A stretch of DNA of 64,000 bases, taken from Candidatus Pacearchaeota archaeon. GTDB lineage: Archaea; Nanobdellota; Nanobdellia; Pacearchaeales; GW2011-AR1. Where the stretch lies: the NCBI GenBank assembly GCA_018303995.1, contig JAGVXB010000033.1, positions 2,486 to 66,485 on the forward strand. The letters run 5' to 3'. A model generated the notes under the pieces. The model had not been told where the DNA came from. It did not search any database and saw only the letters and a list, made by a program, of their open reading frames with translations. Position 1 is the first letter of the stretch. The number at the start of each line of letters is the position of its first letter. This document shows, piece by piece, positions 9,270 through 16,511 of the stretch. A program made the position numbers and the translations under genes.

Positions 9270-9468
9270 AAAGGGGGGTGGCAATTTGCCCCCATCCTTC
9301 AGCAAAACCTTCATCGCGCCTCCTCATATCTTTTAAGTATCCTTTAGGATCTCTCGAATCTGTAAGCACTTCAACTAGGTCAACGGCTACAAACCACCAT
9401 TCTTCATTAAACCAAGTTCTTCTTATCTTTTTATGTCAAAGTGTATCTTGATAGAACACTTTGAGCAT
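9270..9468 (-). pseudogene. Decayed BRO-N / DinD-like (phage antirepressor-type) gene fragment
   Basis: The reverse strand reads MLKVFYQDTL*. After a frame change at the A-run it reads KRTWFNEEWWFVAVDLVEVLTDSRDPKGYLKDMRRRDEGFAEGWGQIATPL. This resembles the ...W(Y/F)FS(V/A)VDV(I/V)xVLTDSxxPRxYW... core of DinD/BRO-N proteins. It has an in-frame stop, a frameshift and a truncated C-terminus. Confidence 0.5.
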
Positions 9469-9587
9469 TCAAAAATTTTAAACAAAACTCAAAAATTTTT
9501 TTATCTTGGAATATAATTAATGACTTGTCTTTGTTGGCTTCTTCATCCATCCCAATCAGCTAATTACTTAGTTTATATAATTTACAA

Positions 9588-9896
9588 CTAACTACAAACA
9601 ACTTCAGAACAATCATAATTACAATCTAAATTAAGAGAACTATTCTTACAATAAACATTCTTACCATCGACCTTAAATGGTTCGCAACAAAAAGTTCTAG
9701 AATCTTCGCCACGACAAGCAATCTCACAAGCCTGTTTAACAACATTATTTCTAGAAGTCTTCAAAACAGGCTCAGTTCCCTCTTTAAATAACCCAAACCC
9801 CTTCGTAATAAACACAACCAACCCAATAAGCACAACAATCCCTATAATTATCCATATAATTGTAGAAATCGCCATTTCCATTCCTTTTCTATTCAT
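9588..9896 (-). CDS. Pilin-like protein with class III signal peptide; Cys-rich ectodomain
   Basis: MNRKG|MEMAISTIIWIIIGIVVLIGLVVF. There are 10 Cys in the last ~60 residues. Confidence 0.55.
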   Translation of the reverse strand: MNRKGMEMAISTIIWIIIGIVVLIGLVVFITKGFGLFKEGTEPVLKTSRNNVVKQACEIACRGEDSRTFCCEPFKVDGKNVYCKNSSLNLDCNYDCSEVVCS

Positions 9897-9989
9897 ATAA
9901 AAACAAATTCAAAAGAGTTATTAAATGTAATCTAAAAAGCTAATTAAATCTATCCATAAAAACAACTCTAATTTATACCAATAATCCTA

Positions 9990-10532
9990 TTATCCATCTT
10001 CAGAAAGAATTGTTCCACCAGGCAAATCAGACAACGCAGTATCACTAACAGGAGGCGTCGTTTCAGTAGAAGGTGCTCCACCATCAATTATCACCTTACA
10101 ACTCACTTGTTTACCTGCCTTATAAGCAAGTATCTTTTCCTGTTTTGCTACTGAAACTAAACCCGCATCACTACAAGCATCAAACAAGAGATTCGCTTCA
10201 TCGCATTGCAAACCAGGGGCAGACGTATCAATATCATCTTTTTTAAGTGAGTCCATTATTGTCGGATGCCTGCAATTCACAAGTTCATTTCCAATCAGCC
10301 TATATTTACAAAAGTCAATATTAAAACCAACAGGAATATACACACTACCACAAGCCTTCGCAAGATTCTGCATCTCTCCCGTTTTATATTTTAAAAATCC
10401 AAATACGCCTTCACTAAAATTAATAACCCCTGACCCAACCAAACCGAGAAAAACAAGCGCAACCGCTGCAAGAACTATAAACCACATAATACCCTCAGCC
10501 CCCTTCTTACCCTTGACCACAATCACCATCAC
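9990..10532 (-). CDS. Pilin-like protein with class III signal peptide
   Basis: The N-terminus is ...VKGKKG|AEGIMWFIVLAAVALVFLGLV. The ectodomain has 6 Cys and a T/P/S-rich tail. Confidence 0.5.
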   Translation of the reverse strand: MMVIVVKGKKGAEGIMWFIVLAAVALVFLGLVGSGVINFSEGVFGFLKYKTGEMQNLAKACGSVYIPVGFNIDFCKYRLIGNELVNCRHPTIMDSLKKDDIDTSAPGLQCDEANLLFDACSDAGLVSVAKQEKILAYKAGKQVSCKVIIDGGAPSTETTPPVSDTALSDLPGGTILSEDG

Positions 10533-10576
10533 AACCTATAAGATAAGTTATTTATAAATCTTCTTCTATAATTAAT

Positions 10577-11047
10577 TTATACTAAATTAACTGAAATAAC
10601 TCTCTCTTTATCAAAAATAACTATCATAGAATAATTATACTTAACCTCATTTACTCCATAAAGACCATTTTCAAAAACATCATTAACAGTAAGAACATAA
10701 TTAATATTATCAAAACTAAGAGTATACTCTCCGTGAGCAAACCTAGCATAAATATTAGTACTCAGCCCTGAAAATCTCTCTCGATTGGCAATATCTTTAA
10801 CAGATTTATTAAAAGATTCTTCGAAATTATTTTTATCAGAAAGCTTTATAGCTTCAGCAACAATCTCACGAACATTCTTTTCAATAAGTTTATGCTCTGC
10901 CAAAGCTTTGCTTGTCATAGCTCTTATCTCCGCTTTGCTCTTACCCAAATCTTTTCCGAAAGTCCACATAACAAACAAAGCATTAATTACAATCATTAAA
11001 CTTAAAAGAACTATTAAAGCAGTCCCTAAATGTCCTCTACGATTCAT
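10577..11047 (-). CDS. Pilin-like protein with class III signal peptide
   Basis: MNRRG|HLGTALIVLLSLMIVINALFVMW. It overlaps the upstream gene by 4 nt. Confidence 0.55.
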   Translation of the reverse strand: MNRRGHLGTALIVLLSLMIVINALFVMWTFGKDLGKSKAEIRAMTSKALAEHKLIEKNVREIVAEAIKLSDKNNFEESFNKSVKDIANRERFSGLSTNIYARFAHGEYTLSFDNINYVLTVNDVFENGLYGVNEVKYNYSMIVIFDKERVISVNLV

Positions 11048-11538
11048 GTATTGCTCCTTTTTACAAAAATATCAATGCGATTACAAATTCTCTTCACAGA
11101 TTTTTCATCATTATAATCAACTATTTTATTAAATGCATCATAATCAGATATATCTCCATTCATATCAATATAATTATCCACGGCACCAGCCCACGATATT
11201 ATTTTAATCGAACCATCGTCATCTAGAGTATAAGACAAAATAAAAATACTTCCTCGGCCATATTCTTCAACAAAATGTTCTCTCAAAGATACCTTTAATT
11301 TTTCACCAAAATCTGCATCATCACAAAATCTATCAATAAGTGTTCCAACCTGAACAACTTCATCATTAAACACGAGATAAGTGTTCATAAAATCCTCAGG
11401 CATATTTTCGCTTATTTCATGATTCTTAGCAATAGCTCCTGCAACAATCACAAAAAGCAACATTACAATAAACATAATCACCATGCCAATTGGACTCGCA
11501 ATTGCCTGTTCCAAACTAAATTCTGCTTTTCGGTTCAT
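11044..11538 (-). CDS. Pilin-like protein with class III signal peptide
   Basis: MNRKA|EFSLEQAIASPIGMVIMFIVMLLFVIVAGAIA. It overlaps the upstream gene by 4 nt. Confidence 0.5.
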   Translation of the reverse strand: MNRKAEFSLEQAIASPIGMVIMFIVMLLFVIVAGAIAKNHEISENMPEDFMNTYLVFNDEVVQVGTLIDRFCDDADFGEKLKVSLREHFVEEYGRGSIFILSYTLDDDGSIKIISWAGAVDNYIDMNGDISDYDAFNKIVDYNDEKSVKRICNRIDIFVKRSNT

Positions 11539-11996
11539 ACTGCAACCCTCTTCACATTTTGACTGCTTCCAACTAAAAACTCATATCCTTCAGAATCAAT
11601 AGGATGACTTGCACACAAAGGCATCTCTCTATTCTTAAATCTGGCATAAAGTCCGCACCTCATTTTAAAATCTGCAACCCCAACAACAAATTCTTTGTTG
11701 TTTTTATCTTTCACATAAACAATATGTTTTCCATCCTCAATAACTGACTTGCTAATTCCACACTTTTGAAAAAAAATGTCTTCATTTAAATTGCTTAAAT
11801 CTAATTTTTCTCTTTCAAAACATTCACGCACGCTCTTCAATAAAGCCCTTGCTTCTCCTTCTCTATAATCATACCCTTTTCCAAAAAACGCGACAAGCCC
11901 TCCAACTATTCCAACAACAAGAATAACAACAAACATTGAAAAAAACACAATATATAAAATACCCACTCCAGTAACTTCTCCTCGCCTACAATTCAT
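11535..11996 (-). CDS. Pilin-like protein with class III signal peptide
   Basis: MNCRRG|EVTGVGILYIVFFSMFVVILVVGIVGGLVAF. It overlaps the upstream gene by 11 nt. Confidence 0.55.
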   Translation of the reverse strand: MNCRRGEVTGVGILYIVFFSMFVVILVVGIVGGLVAFFGKGYDYREGEARALLKSVRECFEREKLDLSNLNEDIFFQKCGISKSVIEDGKHIVYVKDKNNKEFVVGVADFKMRCGLYARFKNREMPLCASHPIDSEGYEFLVGSSQNVKRVAV

Positions 11997-12414
11997 TGCG
12001 TTGCTTCTCCTTTATTTTAAATATAAATTGCGTAGTTTCTGGACTTCCAGAAGGATTTTTTACTTCCCAATCAACAATATCTACATCATTAAAAAACCCA
12101 AAACTAGTTCCAGTGTCTTTTCTGGTGCTTACAGTAATTTGATTATTCACATTATTAACATAAATAATATCCTTAACAGGCTTACCATTTTTAATAGCAA
12201 TCATCGCAAGTTTAGTAATATCTATCTTAAACTCCATTCCAGGCTTTGCATTATTTATTAAATTAATAATTTCTTTAGAATAAAAATCCTCATAAAAAGC
12301 ACTTCCTCGACCATAAGAATTAACATACATAAAAAGCCCAATAAAAACAGAAATGCATATAGCAGTATATATCAAATTATACATCATAACATCTACATCG
12401 CCTCTTCTTTCCAT
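11986..12414 (-). CDS. Pilin-like protein with class III signal peptide
   Basis: MERRG|DVDVMMYNLIYTAICISVFIGLFMYV. Confidence 0.5.
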   Translation of the reverse strand: MERRGDVDVMMYNLIYTAICISVFIGLFMYVNSYGRGSAFYEDFYSKEIINLINNAKPGMEFKIDITKLAMIAIKNGKPVKDIIYVNNVNNQITVSTRKDTGTSFGFFNDVDIVDWEVKNPSGSPETTQFIFKIKEKQRNEL

Positions 12415-12450
12415 AATTAAACTAATAATTCAACAGATATAAAGATAACG

Positions 12451-13104
12451 TCACATTCCTGGAAGACTTATCCCATATGTTTTATCATCTTTGATATTAC
12501 AGTTCTCATCTCTTATACGCGATAAAAATTTACCGCCTTCACTTAAAGCAGTCAAAACATCATTCTTTCCACTTATTGCTGTTTGTTTCTGATCACCATA
12601 ATCATGATAAATTGAAATTTCTCCTAGTTTTTTATCCACAAGAAATCCCATTAACTTATTAATTTCAGGAATGCAATGACTTGTAATCAAACCATCAACA
12701 TTTTCAGGATCATAAGGAGAATAATTAAGCCTGCTAGAGACACTAACCTTCCTATCAATATCTTTACAATAACCAGTATCTTGACACTTAGAAACATCCC
12801 CCTGACAAATACACAAACAATTCTTATCAAAACATCTCTGAGGTTTTTCATCTGGAGGCACTTCTTTATTCCATGCGACCAAAACCCAGCCTTGAACACC
12901 TCTTAAGGCAAAAGTATTGCTCTGTCCATCAGCAAGATTCTCAATCCTCCCATTCAAATTATCTAAAAATATTCTCGCATTTCTAGCATCCTGATCCATA
13001 AAAAACAAAATCAATTTTACAGCTATAAAAATAAGTCCAACTGCAACAATTATCCCAACAATCAACGAAGTTAAAGCTTTTGCATCGCCTTTTCTAAATT
13101 TCAT
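12451..13104 (-). CDS. Pilin-like protein with class III signal peptide; Cys-rich ectodomain
   Basis: MKFRKG|DAKALTSLIVGIIVAVGLIFIAV. It contains the Cys cluster CFDKNCLCICQGDVSKCQDTGYC. Confidence 0.55.
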   Translation of the reverse strand: MKFRKGDAKALTSLIVGIIVAVGLIFIAVKLILFFMDQDARNARIFLDNLNGRIENLADGQSNTFALRGVQGWVLVAWNKEVPPDEKPQRCFDKNCLCICQGDVSKCQDTGYCKDIDRKVSVSSRLNYSPYDPENVDGLITSHCIPEINKLMGFLVDKKLGEISIYHDYGDQKQTAISGKNDVLTALSEGGKFLSRIRDENCNIKDDKTYGISLPGM

Positions 13105-14291
13105 AAATTACCTTCAATGCCTCCAGAACAAAGCTTATTTACTTCTCCAACATCCCATTTAACAGGTTTAATCAAACTACATCCAAGTTTAGAATCAGTC
13201 TCATTTTTTCCATATTCCTTACATGAAAGAAGTGAAACCTCCTGATTTTCTTCCTGAACTCCAGCAGCAGTATATCCTGCGATTGCCGAAGCACCAACAC
13301 CAACAAGAATAGCTGAAATAACTCCAACCCAACCACTTTTTACTATGCCTGCGCCAGCACCAGTGACTAAAGTCCCTCCTACAATAGCAGTTCCAGTCAA
13401 CCCTGCCGCAGTCCATCCCAACTCTCCAGGAGGTATGTCCGTCTTAATTTGCATAAATATCATCGCAATCTGATCCGTCTTAACAGAATCTTTAACGCCA
13501 GACAACGTTTTTTCCAATTCAATACGATTACTATCTACAAAACTCCTTATGCGCCCATTTGTAAATACTTCTGAATAAGTTTGACTACCACCATCAGGAA
13601 CAAATTCGGTAGAAAGATACCTGCTAAAATCAAGTCTTGAAAGAACATTTATATTTTTTTCATCAACTAACTTTTCATTCGCCTCAATCAATTTATCAGA
13701 TAACGCAACTCTAGAACAAACAATACATTTTGGTTCTATTTTCTTTATTACTTGTTCTAATCCAAGCCCGAAAAATTCCGAAATATCTCCCAATACGATT
13801 GAAGTCACTCCCCCCTCGCCTCTGAAAACATCTAACTTTCCTTCTCCAGTCATAACCCAGCAGTCATACATTGCATTTGCGTATTCTCTTTCAATAATTT
13901 TCCTAGTTTCTTTCTGATCCCCAATGTCATCATTTATCTTAACTTTAATATCTACAACATTCTCTTCCCCTGCAAATTGTTTACAATCACTTTTTTTAGA
14001 CAATCCAATAGCAGCACCAGAACCAGTAAAAAACTCCTTAGCCTTCTGAGTAACTGACTTGTCTAAAGTTATGCAAATCTTCTTAGTAAAACAGTTCAAA
14101 GGCGCTCCTCCCTGGACTATTCCAGGAAGAGTAGCTTTAGAGATAATAGAAAGTTTACACAAATCTCTTTCAGTCACATCTTTAGTCCCAAAAATACTCC
14201 AAAGAAACATTACAACAATAGCAAAACTAAGAAGAATAAGTATTAAAAGAGCTATCTGTCCTGCAGTAAATCCTCTCTTATCCATAAACAA
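13101..14291 (-). CDS. Large pilin-like/class III signal peptide protein with a C-terminal Gly-rich hydrophobic segment
   Basis: (MF)MDKRG|FTAGQIALLILILLSFAIVVMFLW. The late segment GWTAAGLTGTAIVGGTLVTGAGAGIVKSGWVGVISAILVGVGASAIAGY is hydrophobic and Gly-rich. Confidence 0.5.
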   Translation of the reverse strand: MFMDKRGFTAGQIALLILILLSFAIVVMFLWSIFGTKDVTERDLCKLSIISKATLPGIVQGGAPLNCFTKKICITLDKSVTQKAKEFFTGSGAAIGLSKKSDCKQFAGEENVVDIKVKINDDIGDQKETRKIIEREYANAMYDCWVMTGEGKLDVFRGEGGVTSIVLGDISEFFGLGLEQVIKKIEPKCIVCSRVALSDKLIEANEKLVDEKNINVLSRLDFSRYLSTEFVPDGGSQTYSEVFTNGRIRSFVDSNRIELEKTLSGVKDSVKTDQIAMIFMQIKTDIPPGELGWTAAGLTGTAIVGGTLVTGAGAGIVKSGWVGVISAILVGVGASAIAGYTAAGVQEENQEVSLLSCKEYGKNETDSKLGCSLIKPVKWDVGEVNKLCSGGIEGNL

Positions 14292-14320
14292 AACACTAAA
14301 ACCAACTTTATAATCTTAAC

Positions 14321-14437
14321 TTAACGCAATCCAAATCTCTTAAAAAGAAAATAAATAGAAGCCCCTGCAAGTATCAGAAACATAATCCACAATACAAGTT
14401 TTGTAATGCTCTCAAATGCAAAACCTTTTTTATTCAT
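14321..14437 (-). CDS. 38-aa minimal pilin-like ORF (Flp-like candidate), not in the ORF track
   Basis: MNKKG|FAFESITKLVLWIMFLILAGASIYFLFKRFGLR. Its ATG lies 1 nt after the stop of the upstream gene. Confidence 0.45.
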   Translation of the reverse strand: MNKKGFAFESITKLVLWIMFLILAGASIYFLFKRFGLR

Positions 14438-14438
14438 T

Positions 14439-15758
14439 TTATTGAACATTTGCCTCCTTACTATCTTCAAATTTAAAACTTGAATAATAATTGTCTAAAA
14501 CCTTATATGTAAATTCACTGCGAAGTGAATCATTCAAAACACTATTAAATTCTTTACCATCAATTTTTTTTAATAATTCGTTCCAACCATCAATTTTTTT
14601 ACCATTAATATAAACGCCTTCGACTGATTTATCTGAATCAAAAGTAACGGAGTTTTGCCAAAACAAGCCATCATCAGGTCTAGTTAAAAGTACAAAACCT
14701 TCGTTGAAATTTTTATTATTTAACTCCTTATAAATGCTATCAAGATATTTTACCTGTACATACAAATTAAGATCTCTATTTGAATTAATAATTGAATTTA
14801 ATTGGTCGCCACGGCTAAACCTCCAATTTTTAACACCGTTGTCTTCTTTAGAATATTTCAATATTTCAATCTTATTCCTTTCAAGAAAACTGTGCGCACT
14901 ACGTCTCAAAAATACAAATTTAATCTCTTCGGGTTCTTTAGTAATTTTTATATCATCATCTACATAATTCTTAACACCAAAACAAGACTCATTTTTCCAT
15001 TTCTCAACAGCCACTCCATAAACCGGCTCGCTCAAATCAACAAAAATATATTGACCAACTTTGCGAACAGTATACAATTTCTTACCCATTCCTTTCTTAT
15101 TCTCATCTAAATTCAACTCCAAAAACCTCTCACAATTTCCATCTTCAAGAATACTATCTCTCCAACTAATTGCTTGAACAAATTTATCTTTATACTTATT
15201 GTATTCCTGAAATGCTAAAACATAAAATGAATAATCTACTTTAACTATATCTGAAATTTTATCATTATAATAAATGGGTTCATTATAAAGATCTTTTACT
15301 TTGAATCTTTTTTTAATATGACTAGCTATTTTGAGATTATATCGATTCAGATTATCATATCCAAAATCGCCAATTTCGACGACCCAATATCTCCAATCAT
15401 TCACACTAATACTCAAAGCTTTGGGTCTCCTTTCAGAATATAGATAAAAATCTTCGATAGATTTCTTAAACAAAGCAGGCTCAAACTCATATTTTCCCAT
15501 CGGAAATAACTCGCCGTTTTTTTTAGAATTAATATCTCTCCACTCCTCACCAGTATAATACTGCAATTGATCATCTTTAAGATTCACTCCTACTATCGAA
15601 GTCCCATCGGAAATAGGCTCTCCAAAATCATCAGGAAAAAATCCAAAAAAAGAATAAATACTCTTAAACATAGGAATCTGCGATGAAAAATACAAAGCAA
15701 TAAGTAAACCTGCTAAAATGGCGGCAACAACCCAATAATGCAAACCATTCCTATTCAT
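14439..15758 (-). CDS. Large (439 aa) pilin-like/class III signal peptide protein
   Basis: The track ORF starts at 15773 (MEIWEMNRNG). I prefer ATG 15758 because it forms an ATGA overlap with the upstream mini-ORF. That start gives MNRNG|LHYWVVAAILAGLLIALYF. Confidence 0.5.
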   Translation of the reverse strand: MNRNGLHYWVVAAILAGLLIALYFSSQIPMFKSIYSFFGFFPDDFGEPISDGTSIVGVNLKDDQLQYYTGEEWRDINSKKNGELFPMGKYEFEPALFKKSIEDFYLYSERRPKALSISVNDWRYWVVEIGDFGYDNLNRYNLKIASHIKKRFKVKDLYNEPIYYNDKISDIVKVDYSFYVLAFQEYNKYKDKFVQAISWRDSILEDGNCERFLELNLDENKKGMGKKLYTVRKVGQYIFVDLSEPVYGVAVEKWKNESCFGVKNYVDDDIKITKEPEEIKFVFLRRSAHSFLERNKIEILKYSKEDNGVKNWRFSRGDQLNSIINSNRDLNLYVQVKYLDSIYKELNNKNFNEGFVLLTRPDDGLFWQNSVTFDSDKSVEGVYINGKKIDGWNELLKKIDGKEFNSVLNDSLRSEFTYKVLDNYYSSFKFEDSKEANVQ

Positions 15759-15877
15759 CTCCCAAATCTCCACAAATTCTTAAAAAATTCAAGCATACCA
15801 CTTCCCTTTTCCTTGGCAAGAATAATCAAAGCAACCAACAAAATCAAAGCTCCTATAACCATTATCCAGTCTGCCAT
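15755..15877 (-). CDS. 40-aa single-TM ORF, first gene of the pilin-like operon, not in the ORF track
   Basis: MADWIMVIGALILLVALIILAKEKGSGMLEFFKNLWRFGR. Its TGA overlaps the next ATG. Confidence 0.35.
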   Translation of the reverse strand: MADWIMVIGALILLVALIILAKEKGSGMLEFFKNLWRFGR

Positions 15878-15940
15878 ATGACTAATTTCAATTTGACCCT
15901 TTTTCCCCATCAACAACAAAACAAATACATCAATATAAAT

Positions 15941-16396
15941 CTAATCCTTTCTAATATACTTCCCCATTATTATTCCTTTTCCCCAATCATTATGCATTTT
16001 CTCTCCAGTTTTGTGATATCCAAGCTTCTCATAAAACTCAACAGCAGAAAGAACAGCAACAAGCCAGACATTTGAAAAACCCTTCAATACAGCATCCCTT
16101 TCTAAAGCACCCACAAATTCCCTCCCCAGTCCTTTTCCTTGATATTCTGGAAGTATAAAACAAGCCATTATTTCGTCATTGCGCAATGTAGCAGTTCCAG
16201 TAATTTTCTCATTATCAGTAGAGACATAAATTATTTTGTGTTCTAAATCCTCACAAAATCTTTCAGCCGTATAATAAGAAGCACTCGAATCTATTTGTTC
16301 ACGAGTATAGTTATGATTATCTCTCTCAATAATAGCCCTTCGTATTAAAGGATGTATTTCAATAATATCAGGCATTCTGAATTTTCTTATAGCCAT
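15941..16396 (-). CDS. GNAT family N-acetyltransferase
   Basis: The acetyl-CoA motif is LPEYQGKGLGREFVGALE...FYEKLGY. Confidence 0.8.
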   Translation of the reverse strand: MAIRKFRMPDIIEIHPLIRRAIIERDNHNYTREQIDSSASYYTAERFCEDLEHKIIYVSTDNEKITGTATLRNDEIMACFILPEYQGKGLGREFVGALERDAVLKGFSNVWLVAVLSAVEFYEKLGYHKTGEKMHNDWGKGIIMGKYIRKD

Positions 16397-16511
16397 TGTT
16401 CACAAAAATCAATAATACCATCTATATATAAACAATTGCAAAATCAGACAAACTTGAAATAAAGAAACATACAATTTAATAATATAAGAAACCGTAATTT
16501 TCATAAGAGGC

